Positions 14,823 through 27,724 of a stretch of 64,000 nt of DNA are shown piece by piece. Origin of the DNA: Eledone cirrhosa (Eukaryota); assembly GCA_964016885.1 (NCBI GenBank), contig OZ024758.1, positions 4,092,001 through 4,156,000 on the forward strand. Direction: 5' to 3'. Under the pieces are notes generated by a model that saw only the letters and a program-made list of their open reading frames with translations, was not told the DNA's origin and did not search any database. Position 1 is the stretch's first letter, and every line of letters begins with the position of its first letter. Both the position numbers and the translations under genes were made by a program.

Positions 14823-15273
14823 AAACTCACACACAAACACTATTTAAAATTTGTTTACTCTACATTGATGATTTTACGCTGTGGATTATCTGATTACCCA
14901 ATAGTCATATACTTTTTCGTCCCAAACATTCGCGGCAATAATTCACAGTTTAATACATGATGCTGGAAAGTAGAATGTGCTGTTATGATGGAACACATCC
15001 TAGAATGGAAATATAACCACAGATAATAAATGCTATTAACCATCGATAGGAACCTCACAAATTTAACGGAGCATTATACATTCCCTCACATACTGAAATG
15101 TGCAAAGACACAAGAGTGTGGATTTTTCCATCGTATAAAAGGACCGCTGTTTTCCAGTTTCATTTTTTATTCAGGACTTTTTGTATTATGTCATATAAAT
15201 ATATTCATTTTTTTTTTTCAATCGGAAATACAGAGTTTCAATATCTATTTACCTCTGAGCGTATCGAGTCAGA

Positions 15274-15485
15274 AATGGTTTTAAATCCGAGGCACAATGC
15301 TTAAAAATTTGGTGGGAGGGGAAAATCGATTAAATCGTCTCCAGTACGTTACTGGTGCTTTATATTATCGACCCCTCTGAGGATAAAAGAGAAAGCTAAC
15401 CTTGGCAGGATTTGAACTCAGAACATAAAGAGCTGTAACTCTGCGCTGCTAAGCATACTGTCTGACGCTCTACCAATGATGGTAG
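15274..15485 (-). mobile_element. tRNA-derived SINE, older long-tail variant
   Basis: ggatttgaactcagaac B-box on minus strand; atcgattaaatcg hairpin region. Confidence 0.8.
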
Positions 15486-16199
15486 TAATACGTGATTGTT
15501 TCACACTCAGCAGCAGAGCGTGAAGAATCATTCATATATCGCAAAGAGTAGCCAATCCTGATTGAAAAGGAAATAATCAGCAAATAATTCCTGATAGACC
15601 TCAGTGTTAATTTACGTGTCAGCGTTGTAGTTAATGTCATATTAGCAATATTTGCGTAGTTTTCTAATCGTTTCTATTAGTCCTTTTATAGAAATAAAGC
15701 ATTATCAAGAATTTTCTCTATCAAAATTTAAACCATATCCTGTATTTTAAGTTGCTTCCATAGCTCATTGTTGTACAGGAATAACGAACAGACGATAAAT
15801 TGTAGTATGTTTTGTCTGATGTAAAAATTGAATCATCAGTTTTAAATTTATGCTTATTTAGAAATATTTATATTATGTTGCCTGTCTGAATTATGTTCTA
15901 CTGTTTGATGTTACTGGGTGTTTTTCATGCTGGTGGCTCATTCTACATACTAAGTTGAGGCTAGCCAATGTATATATAGAAATATATATTTCGGAGTTAT
16001 TGAAACCAAGGTCGAATTATTTGGATTATAATATGTATTCATTCAATTGATTCATTTACTGAGCATTTCGAAATTAAAATCTCAATCAGAATAAGATGAG
16101 AAAAATGTCGCATACCCATAATATAATATTACGGAATCATAATATAATATTACGTTGAAGTAGGCGAGTGTAGGTGCCTTATGTTGTTTGGATGAAAGC

Positions 16200-16486
16200 G
16201 TCCATGTTTCACTTCCATATAGTATATATGACGTTGTACGTAAAAGGAGAGTAAGATATGCTGGCCACTGCCATCATGCCACCTATGAGGCTGTATCCTC
16301 ATTAGTGCTTAGGAAACCACAAGCAGTCACTAATAACAGGGGGAACAAGCTCTCCTATCCCGATGTCATCTCCAGAGATTCTGGTATTGAAATCCAGGAC
16401 TTGGCAACCGCAATGAATGACAGATCTACGTGTAGATAAATTATTGAGTCCATTTCGGCCGAGGCCACCGGATGATGGTGATGATA
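16200..16486 (+). mobile_element. RTE-clade LINE 3' end
   Basis: KRRVRYAGHCHH...LVLRKP...LSYPDVISRDSG...DLATAMNDRSTCR matches RTE ORF C-terminus; (TGA)-like tail. Confidence 0.8.
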
Positions 16487-16506
16487 TTCCTTGCATCACT
16501 TTGCTT

Positions 16507-16565
16507 TCTGAGTTCAAATCCCATCGAGAGCAGCATTGCTTTTCCTCTATTTAAGGTGAATAGAC
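16507..16565 (+). mobile_element. SINE fragment (main family)
   Basis: tctgagttcaaatcccatcgag...ttgcttttcctc. Confidence 0.6.
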
Positions 16566-17280
16566 TGAATTGTATGACTCGGCAAGCGAATTTATATATT
16601 CAATCCTTTAAACTGGATTTAGCAAGCCATATCACAACCTGATAAAAGATAAGTGAATATACCGGACATGGGCAACATAATCTACCCTAAATATTTCACT
16701 CCACATCCGGCAATGCCTAAAGAGAATGTATCCCAAGAATATAAGTAAACCGAAGGTTAAGAACATAGGTAGTGACATGCATTAGAGAAGGATTTCTTAC
16801 CAGCATGTACATTTTTTTTTTTTTTTACTAAATGGTTTTACGTGCTCGTGTAATCTATTGCAGTTAAAAATGTATTCCCGTCATTTTACTTGTGGCTTAG
16901 GGGAGCATCCCAGATATGACTGCCAGGAGCTATTTGGACACGTTGGTATTTGGAAAACAGAAGGCAAAACATCGCAAAAAATATAACAAGGAAATGTAGC
17001 CGATGCTTTAACGACAGAGCTAGACGACTATAAGATAATTATTTATACAAATACCAAGACTACAGAAACCTGTTTCTGCACAGAACTAATTGCCGGGGAA
17101 GGAGGCTTGCATGCTGAGATGTCTAGCAATGCAGTAAAATAAGATAGACATTAATATTTAATTTGAGGGGAGTGGGAATATGTGATCGGTAAAAGTGGTG
17201 ACCGAGTAAGAAGTAGTAAGCGAATGAAGATTTGCACTGTGAGTGTCTGTTCTGGTTGATGTTTCTTAGCTCTTTATTTC

Positions 17281-17712
17281 ATACACACACAAACACACAA
17301 ACTCCCACACATACACACAAACTCCCACACATACACACAAACACTTACACTCATACACACTCTCACAGACACTCACAAACACATACACACAAACATTTAC
17401 ACTTTCACAGATACTCACAAACACACACACACACAAACACTTACACACACACTCACACACACACGCACACACTCACACACATAAACACATACACACTCAC
17501 ATAAACACATACACACTCACATAAACATATACACACTCACACATTCTCACAAAACACTCATCACACACGCTCTATGAGCCCCTCCCTTTCGCTGCCACTG
17601 TCTCTCTCTCTCACATACATACACGCAGACATACACAACTATAAACACGCACACACACAACTATACATACATACAGTTATATACACACACACAGCTATAC
17701 AGACACACACAC
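17281..17712. repeat. Degenerate (CA)-rich low-complexity repeat
   Basis: Visible directly. Confidence 0.85.
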
Positions 17713-17847
17713 CCTCTCATCAGCCTATCTTATCTTATCTTATCTCTTTGCACTATCCATGAAACTGTTTAAACCAGCACCTCTTTAGTACAGAATGGCG
17801 CGTAACATTAATCATTTGACTTCTTACTGAGAAGGTTGTGTAATGTT

Positions 17848-17992
17848 TAGTAGTATTAGTGGCGGTAGTAGTGGTAGTAGTAGTCTCGGTGGTGGTGGTG
17901 GTGGTGGTGGTGGTGGTGGTGGTGGTGGTAGCAGTGGCAGTAGTAGTAGCAGTGGTAGTTGTAGTAGTGACAGTAATAATGGCAGTAGTAGT

Positions 17993-18023
<31 letters not shown>

Positions 18024-18036
18024 ATAGTAGTAGTAA

Positions 18037-18079
<43 letters not shown>

Positions 18080-18093
18080 TGTTGTTGTTGTTG
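17848..18093. repeat. Compound trinucleotide repeat (GGT)n/(TAG)n/(CAG)n/(TTG)n
   Basis: Visible directly. Confidence 0.95.
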
Positions 18094-18534
18094 TGGAGAT
18101 GTAGTTGTATAATTTTTATTATAAATATATATGTATATAAATGATAAATGAAATGAAAATAATAACAGCTGCCAAAACTACGTATGTTGCTTAAAGTCAC
18201 ACAAAAGCTCGTACAATCACACATACACACGCAGTCACAGACACGCACACACATACACGCACACACACACACACATATGAGTGTATGTATATACACACTC
18301 ACATACATACATATATTTATGTATGTACACATACATAAGTCATATGTTAGCAAGTCCACATCATTATAGGCATATCTTAAATACAGAACTCCATGGGTGG
18401 TGACAAGCTTAGAGTCTGCAAGACTGGTTCCTTCACATGCGCAAAGCGGGCTTGTTATGACGTTTTGAAAAATGGTTCAATCTTTTTGATCTTATCTCAA
18501 AAAGTACAAATCATACTAACAACACACACACTAT

Positions 18535-18572
<38 letters not shown>

Positions 18573-18573
<1 letters not shown>

Positions 18574-18813
18574 TGTTTCTTTTATTTGCCACCAGGGCAT
18601 CAAAAGTGGGACAAGTACGAAGGGGGGAGTTTACACAAAAAGGCGTCCTCAATAAGGAAGCAATAACAAAATATAAAAATAAAATAAAATATAACAGAAT
18701 AAAATTTATAACAAAATCCTCAATAGAGAGGAGGCGCCTTGGGGGGTCGCACACACCCCCGAAAAAAAGTGTGCAACCCTTTTCCTCAGGAGCACAGAGA
18801 AGGGGTGCTCCCT
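18573..18813 (-). mobile_element. Second, shorter copy of the Tx1/L1-type LINE 3' UTR in (GATA)n
   Basis: Nearly identical to 7502-7746; (GATA)n on both sides. Confidence 0.9.
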
Positions 18814-18950
18814 TAGATAGATAGATAGATATATAGATATATACACCCCAAGTCTCAAGCGTGAAAATAGGACTGCCTCTTCGCTTCCACGTTTTTTTGT
18901 TTGCTGTTTACTGTCTCAACTTTAAAAAAAAATATATACATATATATATT

Positions 18951-19147
18951 TTAGAAAGTGAACAACACAAAATATAACTACTCCATTACCAAAGGTTTCT
19001 GGATCCCAGACATTAATAATATACGTCTGGATCGGTCATCAGATAGAGATGTCATATTTTGTGTTGTTCACTTTCTAATTAAATAGCTCTGTTCTATACA
19101 TGGAGCACTCTATTTTCCTTGGCTTTTCCTTCGGAATTACCTAAACC
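18951..19147. mobile_element. Family E fold-back element (PLE-like)
   Basis: 25-bp arms 18951-18975 / 19054-19078 enclosing a hammerhead; TA flanks. Confidence 0.75.
18981..19048 (-). ncRNA. Type I hammerhead ribozyme, intact core (family E)
   Basis: CUCUAU CUGAUGA CCGAUCCAGACG...UGUCUGGGAUCCA GAAA CC UUU GGUA AUGGAG; 6-bp stem I, GUA triplet; first stem II pairs mismatched. Confidence 0.8.
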
Positions 19148-19165
19148 ATATATATATATATATAT

Positions 19166-19307
19166 ATGAAAACAATCAAGATCCCGACGGCTGAGCTCCG
19201 GCCGTTTCGACAGCTAGATCCAAATTCATATTACCCACTCTACTACCCCATGTATCAAGTACTCTGGTGGGTTATGGTCCATGTGGTATATTACCACAGC
19301 CTATCTG

Positions 19308-19310
<3 letters not shown>
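19166..19310. mobile_element. Family C element (diverged subfamily)
   Basis: gatcccgacggctgagctccggccgtttcgacagcta joined to attacccactctactacc tail. Confidence 0.7.
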
Positions 19311-19369
<59 letters not shown>

Positions 19370-19415
19370 TGATATAGAGAGACACACAGAAAGAAACGCA
19401 TACATACACACACAC

Positions 19416-19464
<49 letters not shown>

Positions 19465-19510
19465 TATATAATAGTAATAAATGGAAAATATATCACTATA
19501 GCATCATATT

Positions 19511-19570
19511 TATTTCTTTATATATATTTCTTGGATACTAATTTATAGTATGCATTCATCAGATAAAATA
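19511..19570 (-). ncRNA. Type I hammerhead motif (diverged family A copy, 19470-19640)
   Basis: UAUUUUAU CUGAUGA AUGCAUACUAUAAAUUAGUAUCCAA GAAA UAUAUA UA AAGAAAUA; different stem II sequence still pairs. Confidence 0.7.
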
Positions 19571-19637
19571 CAACATTTGATGTAAAATAGAGACATACCC
19601 CCCCCCCCAATAGACCTCATAAGGTCAACTTAAATTA

Positions 19638-19673
<36 letters not shown>

Positions 19674-20182
19674 CGATAAATGTAGTTAAGGTATGGGTCT
19701 AAAATAATGTTCTCTACGTAAGTATGAGTGTATAAATCTGTCCGCATCTCAGTGTAAGTAATGCTTACTATTTGCAGCTGTTTCTTCTTTCAACATGAAT
19801 TCCCTGAAACTTATTTAGAAACAACGCTTTAGGTTGCTATAGTATTAATATATTAATTATCGCGCTCTCTTTATTTAATTCGCGATGCACCCAAGACTAT
19901 ACTCATCATAACTTATAATATTCTTACTAGCCGACAATAAAAATTTCCTTGCTATCGGCAGAAACAACACTTCACATTATAATACTATGTATTATTTTCC
20001 TATGCTAAATAGACTCTATAGAAATCCTAAGCCATTACATCATAATAAGAATAGTTTACGCTACGAAATAGGAAAAAATGTTCACATTAATATTTTGAAT
20101 TAGAAGCCAGAATTCCCCTCGCCTACGCCATTTCCTTCCCAATTAAATGTATTTTCATGAGGGAAAAGATACATGAACACAC

Positions 20183-20217
<35 letters not shown>

Positions 20218-20221
<4 letters not shown>

Positions 20222-20423
20222 AAAATGTTTGATCCCGACGGCAGAGCTCAAGCAGTTTCGACGTCTATTTCTGGACGCTATTTCAGTCCAGAAATAGCCG
20301 TAGAAACGGCTTGAGCTATGCCGTCGGGGTCAAACATTTTCCTATTACCCACTCTACTAACCTAAGTATTGAGTACTCTGGTGCGTTATGCTCAACTGGT
20401 TCCTTACCACTCTGCCTTCGTTA
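20218..20423. mobile_element. Family C fold-back element
   Basis: Inverted arms around gctatttcagtccagaaatagc; tail to ggttccttaccac. Confidence 0.8.
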
Positions 20424-20437
20424 TATATATATATATA

Positions 20438-20631
20438 TAACAAAGGAATTGTGGTAAGGAACCAGATGGACGATAACGCACCAGAGTACTCAATACTTAG
20501 GGTAGTAGAGTGGGAAATCGGAAAAAGGATGACACCCGACGGCAGAGCTCAAGCCGTTTCAACGGCTATTTCTGTCCAGAAATAGCCGTCGAAACGGCTT
20601 GAGTTCTGCCGTCGGGGTCATACTTTTTCCG
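20438..20631. mobile_element. Family C fold-back element, tail-to-tail with previous copy
   Basis: Inverted arms centred on ctatttc-tgtcca-gaaatag. Confidence 0.8.
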
Positions 20632-20668
<37 letters not shown>

Positions 20669-20834
20669 ACTCTTTTATGCAGAAGCCATACATATATATA
20701 TCTAGATATGTATATATCTATCTATATATATATATAAATGTGTGTATGTGTAAAAGTGAACAGAAATAACAAACCAATCGGCACAGTACGATGAAGAATG
20801 AATAAGTTTAACACTTGAAAAACCAGAACAAGTG

Positions 20835-20872
20835 TGTTAACGTTACAGACAACAGTCCTTCTTCAGAAGTTA
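20835..20872 (-). ncRNA. Degenerate minimal hammerhead-like motif
   Basis: CUGAAGAA GGAC UGUU GUCU GUAAC GUUA; GAAAC changed to GUAAC; stem I poor. Confidence 0.4.
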
Positions 20873-20964
20873 GAACTAAACATAAAAGATAAAATAGAAA
20901 GTTAAAGTGTGAGCAGAGGAAGGAATAAAAAAAGACGAGAAAAAAGAGAAAAAAAACACATACC

Positions 20965-21037
<73 letters not shown>

Positions 21038-21124
21038 ATATATATATAGACAGTCGATCAACTTTCGTCAAATTTGACGTAGGAAACAATGTTTCCATTG
21101 GTCTTTCTAATCGGTTGCAACTCC

Positions 21125-21250
21125 AGGTAGAAGGAGCAACTTGAAATAAAAAGGCTTCCCCAAGGACATAACGCATCACCCGACCTGGGAATCGAATTTA
21201 CAACCTCACCATTGCGAATCCAATTCTCTCACCACACAGCCACGCGCCTT
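21125..21250 (-). mobile_element. Second tRNA-derived SINE family, 5' part
   Basis: Minus ggcgcgtggctgtgtggt...ttcgattccc...gcgttatgtccttgg; related to 49896-50193. Confidence 0.7.
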
Positions 21251-21703
21251 CAGTGCGAGAAGGAAAGCAAACATCGCCTCCAGATAGGTTTGATATGAGA
21301 GCAGGCAACGATTAAATAATATGATGTTAAAGCGTTTCTATACAGAAACGACTACTCGCTTACTCCAACATTACTTAAGCCTTTAAATATATATTAAAAA
21401 AAAGGTTGTAGGCTCTACGTTGATGGCTTCGTGATTATATTGGCTATAGTTATCACAATTACCTTAGGAAGGAACGTCGCTAAACTCCCTGGCTTATTGT
21501 TTACGATAAAAAACAAAAGGGTATAGAGGTAATAGAAACTCATTCTATTGGTAATTACATTTAAGTTGCATTGTCTTAGTTTTTACAAACTTGATGCGGT
21601 GAAAATGTACATGTCCTTGAGATATGTGTCTGGGCAAGTGTATGTATGTGTGACTGTCTTTGTATATATGTATCTATGTAATATATATATATATATATAT
21701 ATA

Positions 21704-21804
21704 TAGGTCGTCCCTATAAAATATTTACACTCTTTGATTACCTGTACGGGCAATATTTACTAGAATGCTTTTGATGCGCGGATACCTTTTTTAGGGACAA
21801 CCTC
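21704..21804. mobile_element. Small Tc1/mariner-type MITE
   Basis: TIR aggtcgtcccta / tagggacaacct; partial relative at 57622-57690. Confidence 0.55.
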
Positions 21805-21807
21805 TCC

Positions 21808-21862
<55 letters not shown>

Positions 21863-22753
21863 TTTGTGTTTATATGTAATAAGAACATAGCGTATGTTCG
21901 TGTATTCATAAATGTTGGTAAATAATTGAATGATTTACATTTCTGTACACATTAACCGGATGTGCTGAGTCTATTTGAAGGATATTTCAGTAGATATATG
22001 TCCATTAATTGTTCAACCCATAAATCTATAGAACATTGCTTACATCAGTAATTAAGTTAACTTGTTTTTCGATTTCGCTACTAACTTTCTAGTTATGATG
22101 GACCTGAGGTTCGTAGCTAGTATTAGATAAATGATATCAAGCAGGTTATGCTATTATATGTATAATTTGATGCCGTTTATATGTTCATTAACATTACAAT
22201 TTTCAAAGGACAGAAGGATATTACAGAAGAAATTTGATTGCGTTTCATGACTTCAGAGAACTAGAACTTTCTGAAAAGATGTGAAGAACTGACAACGAAG
22301 GAATGAATTGTTCAGAAAGAGTCACCATTATTTCATTACAACAATATCCTAATCACATCACTCTCAAATGAATGAATCCAAATAGATATAAACAGGTACG
22401 ATCCTTTTATATATTTAACAGATTTCAAGAGGCAAGTGTGATCATTTTATTATTGATGGCGATTCGATTAGTTTATACTGCATAATCTATAAGATTGTTT
22501 CTTTTAGATGGCAATTTCCAACCTGATTAACTAGTAGAGAGTCACATGTATGATGACAAAGTTTTCATCTTATAACTTCGCCAATGAAACGTTTACATAA
22601 TTCATTTATATGGACTTCAGTTATGTAGAATTCGATTCATACTTTCCACTTTCCCAAACTATTCTACTGTTTATTCAGTGAGGAAAACACAGTTCCCAGA
22701 ATCGTTTCGGGTTCACAGATATATATCGAAGCGCTGGAGGAAGATATTCTTAA

Positions 22754-22961
22754 CCCTTTAGCATTTATATTACTTTATATTTACTATTGTATTTTCATGG
22801 TAAAGTCTTTAACTTGCATAAGAGTGAATCTATGATATTTTGATACTGTTTATCGTTAGAACAGTACCTTAACATCATTATACGTGACCAGTTACAGCTG
22901 GTTTCAACAGAAAGAGGTGAGAGAATTCTGGCCTGATATGGCCGGTTTAAATGCTAAAATG
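22754..22961. mobile_element. piggyBac-type MITE (208 bp)
   Basis: TTAA on both sides; TIR ccctttagcattta / taaatgctaaaatg; inverted copy at 46158-46366. Confidence 0.85.
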
Positions 22962-23169
22962 TTAAACCTGTAATTTTGTGTGGATGTTTACAACAGTGCA
23001 GACGTCACTAAAGACAGTCGCATGTCAGGGTGTGGTGTTAATCAATGTGACAGATTATGGCTCTCAATCAAATAGCCTACTGCATCGTTCGTTCTCAGAA
23101 ATCAATAAAATGGAATAAATGCTGCAAGACATATACTGCGATTTTCTAGTAATTTTGCGATTCCTCGTC

Positions 23170-23290
23170 TGTCGAAATGTAATGTATTCTATCGACCTCG
23201 AGATGTTGAAAATCAAAATCAATATTAGCCAGGTTTGAATTCAGAACGCAGTTTGCTGAAGTAAATATCACAAGGTATTTCATAAATTGA
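23170..23290 (-). mobile_element. Old diverged SINE copy (main family)
   Basis: atcgacctcg...ggtttgaattcagaacg. Confidence 0.5.
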
Positions 23291-24557
23291 CTCTTAACTA
23301 TCAGAAATACAATAAAATTAAGACAATGAATATAGAAATATTTAGATACTTATTCTAAGTAAGGTGTTTTTCTCTGATCTCGAAACCAATATTTCTCTAT
23401 GGGATAGTTACATATGTAATAAGCTGTGTAATTGAAATATTAAAGTTAAGATTATTAAATACATATTTCTATAAGTTACACGAATAACATATTTTCTCAG
23501 GGATATTCTCATAGAATCTCTGTAAACAAACTTTGTAAACACACACGCATACACCCATATACACACAGAGATATACACACATATAAATGAATTCGTTTAT
23601 AAATATTCTCTCTTAAAGTGTTTCTACATTACCCCTCATTCGTCGTGTCTTCTGATAGAGAAAGTATGTCAATTCTGAACCTCCATTAGGAACCAAATTT
23701 ATAAGAAACCACTGAAATGTATATCCATCAAGTAAACTGAAGATAGAAGATAGTCGACGACCAAAGATACTCTATATGTTACCCTTTGAAATACATCAAT
23801 TCCAATAATAATTATCATAGACATCCAATATTGAATTACTCTTAAGAAGCCTTTTACTTGAAACTTTGACCAGATGAGAAACTAGATAAATATACCGTAA
23901 TATAATAATGTTTGTATAAATCCACTCCTGATAAGATAGGTTATGGTTTGCTTAAAACTAATGCTTCCATAGTGTGGGAAGAATTTACAGCATTTAGAGG
24001 AATTTTTTCACATAAAGCTTATTTTAAGAATGAATGAATAATTATTTCACTGCTTAAATTAGACCAGATGTAGCTGATTCCATGTTTGATAAAAAAAAAA
24101 TACCAGTAAAAAGGTGAATGTTGAAAGATGTGAATGTGTTGAATTGGAAGTTTGAAAATTACATTGAACAAAGATATCATTCATCAACGTGTAGAAGGAA
24201 GGTTTTATTAGTTGCTGAAAGAAAATTGTTGATAACTGATTGGAAGAGGTTTCATATGATGAGGGATCTGTAGGGAACTCTAACGTCAAAAGGGTGATAG
24301 TAGGGAGAGGTTAAAAAGTATGTCATACGTTATCAGGGAGACAGCAGTCGAAAAAATATGAAGTATTCACAGCTTAACCTATTTTATGTACTTTTAATAT
24401 TCTTTTAAACAATATTAATTAGTCAACATGTTATCCAATCATAATAAACATGTATTAAGATACATAACCTTCAGGCTTCTTAAAAATTAATTCGGAGAGA
24501 ATCTGCTATCATACAGTTTAAATTAAATGGCGTGATTGATAGCCTTACTTATGTTGC

Positions 24558-24761
24558 GAGATCAAATGGCTCTTCCAGCGCATCTCCCTTGCCATCCTCG
24601 GGGGAAACACCTTCTCTATTCTGGCCGCCAGGGCGGCCAGCACGTCGAACGCCATTTGCTCACTATAGAGAGATGGGAAGGGCGAGAGAGAGGGGGTGAT
24701 GACAGTGGTAGTTCGGCCCTTCCGTGTTCGGACACATTGCACCTCTCCTGAGAACATTATA

Positions 24762-24762
<1 letters not shown>
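24558..24762 (+). mobile_element. CRE-clade non-LTR retrotransposon 3' end (restriction-like endonuclease C-terminus) abutting (TA)n
   Basis: Frame from 24558: EIKWLFQRISLAILGGNTFSILAARAASTSNAICSL* (stop 24666-24668). Confidence 0.8.
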
Positions 24763-24824
<62 letters not shown>

Positions 24825-24825
<1 letters not shown>

Positions 24826-25020
24826 TAGATTGAGTTAGAAGCTCAAATTAAACAATTTTACAATTAAATGGCACAAAGAAGGGAATCTTTCCGAGCCGTG
24901 TAATATAATTGAGAGCGATTTAATTGTAAAGGACTATTTTGAGTTTCTAACTCAATCTATAATATTCTCGGCTCCTTACGTAGAGCTAACTGTAGTCTCA
25001 TAAACCCGGCTGCTATTTTT
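24825..25020. mobile_element. Family F fold-back element without canonical hammerhead core
   Basis: Arms atagattgagttagaagctcaaa...ttacaattaaat / atttaattgtaa...tttgagtttctaactcaatctat; second copy 35681-35770. Confidence 0.6.
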
Positions 25021-25406
25021 AGCAGTATGAGTATGAGACGTGCTAGGCGCTGCGACATGTGCTTTTATATCAGCATATCGTTCAGTCTTCTTAGATCCTT
25101 TGAAGTGAAAGGTAAGAATTTTCTGGATATCCACTGAAGAGCACAGAAATTCTGGCTTTCACTTAATAATTCTTGCGGAACAGACTTAAGTCTGTATGGG
25201 TACCAAAGGCTGTTGCCCCATATAGGTTTGTTATGTTTATTGATTTATTACTTTAAATCGAATTGGAAAGAAGAAGAACAAGAACAAGAGCACGAAGAAT
25301 GATCTCTGATTTAGGTACAAGACAAACAACAATTTTAGGGGAGATATGTGTGCGTGTGTGTGTATCTATCTATGTATGTATCTATCTGTCCCTCTATATA
25401 TATGTG

Positions 25407-25441
<35 letters not shown>

Positions 25442-25540
25442 AAGTTAACGGAAATAAGAGAATCAGTGACACAGTACAATGAAGAGGTATATAGAACAAA
25501 TATATCACAAATAGAACCATATTATTTGTTAATTAACAGA

Positions 25541-25720
25541 GTAGTAGATTGAGAGGGTCGGTGGATGATCGGGCGCCATGCTTTGCAGAATAATGTTAGG
25601 TCCCTTTACGGTCTGAGTTCAAATCCCACCAATCTTAACTTTACCTTTCATCTTTACGGCGTTGATGAAATAAAGTACCAGTAAATGTTGGCCTTGTGCC
25701 AAAAGTAGAAACAATTATTT
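25541..25720 (+). mobile_element. tRNA-derived SINE (main family) with 17-bp TSD
   Basis: attatttgttaattaac 25521-25537 / attatttgttatttaac 25714-25730. Confidence 0.85.
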
Positions 25721-25851
25721 GTTATTTAACCGTTATTTCTTTAAATCAGTGGAGTCCAGCTTATATTAAATACTTCTATATGACATAGCAACATTCTCAT
25801 CAAGTGTACACTCCATCCACTGTTTCTTGCATCGAACACTATATAAACAAC

Positions 25852-26067
25852 AGCGATGGATTCGCAGCATCGGCTGGACTTCGGACAACATGCTTTCTGC
25901 ATTGAGTTATGGCATTTTTCGTTTTGAATTCAAATCTCACCGAGGTTAGCTTTGCTTTTCATCCTTATGTAGTCGATAGATAAACCATTAGTAATGCACT
26001 GGTGTCGATATAATCGACTTTCTCCATCACCAAAATTGCTGACCATGGGCCTATCGTAGAAATCGTT
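25852..26067 (+). mobile_element. tRNA-derived SINE, older long-tail variant
   Basis: gaattcaaatctcaccgaggttagctttgcttttcatcc... Confidence 0.8.
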
Positions 26068-26704
26068 TTCCATATTTATTTATAGCTTGCTGCGTCTACG
26101 TTTCCAAGTATATAAAAACGTAGTCTTTGTCATTTTCCTATATTTGAAATGTTGCGAATTTTGGTACTCATCAGACAGTTTAATTGCACTGAAAACTGTG
26201 TATCCTAACTCTAAATTTGAAGGATACTGAACAAATATTGAACAACGGAAGACGCATAGGCAGAAAATAGTTTAAAATAAAACATTAAAATAAAAATAAA
26301 TAAACGTAAACTGAACTAGAGACAAACAGAGGAAGTATTACCCAAATACGTATATTCTATATCCGTTATGATATATCCTGCGTTATATAGTTTCACTGAA
26401 TTTAACAGAGTTTCTCACAAACTGACTCCGTATTAACATATTATGGTGAAACTATGTCTACTAAAACATCCGACCAAATGACGGGGCAGGAAATGTTATA
26501 TATATTTACAAATATTGTTACACGGCCATATTTTATGTTGGAGTGTATTTGATGAAATAGAAGACAATGTACATAGGATTTGAGCCAAATTTCTTTAACT
26601 TAAATTCATATAATGTCGCTCAAAAAAATCAGTACAGGTTGTTTACATTGCTACAGCGTTAATTCAACTGGTACATCTATAAATGAATATTTGCTTATGT
26701 TAGA

Positions 26705-27000
26705 CCATGGGCGTACAACAGGCAACCGACAGGCCATAACCCGGCCCATCAGATCAGTCAGAGTGGCTCGCGATGACTGTTTTCAATTGTAGGCCAATTT
26801 AGAATTGTTGTTTTTGTAACCGTAATACAATTTTATGTTAGTTGACTTATACTAAAGAGCTTCACTCATAGGGTTATGTGTGTTATGGGAAGAAGTTGTG
26901 GTGATTCTTTGGAATAGTGCTTAATAAATATTAATAGTGTTCCAATGTTCAAAAGTGGCCTGCCAATAGAATATGTTGTTTATTTTAAATATCCTTTCCT
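26705..27000. mobile_element. Possible degenerate hAT-type MITE
   Basis: 5' end catgggcgtacaac followed by ggcc-rich subterminal motifs; 3' TIR unclear. Confidence 0.3.
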
Positions 27001-27468
27001 GATACACACACAAGATTTGTACCATCAGCATTAATGGTTTAATCCGTGTCACTAAATTTCACTAAATTTTCATTATATATATAAATATAAGAATTTGATG
27101 GACACGAGCTGAATTTTTGTTCCTTATACAAAAAAGTAAAATATAACTTTCTTCTCGCAAGGGAAGGTAGCTATGGCAATTTACAGAAAGTGTATAATAT
27201 GTTTTCTTTCGAGAATATTCCCAGTAAAAAAAAAGTGTTTGTGATTCGTGTGAAACATTTAGTTAATACTTAATTAATCAAAAGAAAAAGACAACACTTT
27301 TTTTTTTACAATCGACATTTCTAAAACTAATTAAATATTTACTTTCTCTACCAGTGAAAGTGAAAAAAAAAAGAGGATTCACACATGTCACAGACACTCC
27401 TATACATATATATACATTCATATGTACATATACGCACACACAAACAAGCATAGACACACACACATCTG

Positions 27469-27501
<33 letters not shown>

Positions 27502-27663
27502 TCCTATGTGAAGAATGTTATTTTTTACTTAAGCAACACAATTTTCATATACTTTTTATGATATACCTGCCTGCTTCATACACACTTTTTGTAAATTTAT
27601 AAGAAATTATTTTATTTATATCTGCTTACCCATTTTCGCAGCGCTGTGTCCACCTATTTACAT

Positions 27664-27696
<33 letters not shown>

Positions 27697-27724
27697 CTGA
27701 GATAAGTAGATAGATAGATAGATA

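Noticed and set aside
17843-18112. Gly/Ser-rich ORF
   Set aside because: Compound trinucleotide microsatellite without splice or domain support
25102-25166. Short imperfect inverted repeat with CTGAAGA in the loop
   Set aside because: Stem II and stem I cannot be formed; single copy; insufficient evidence
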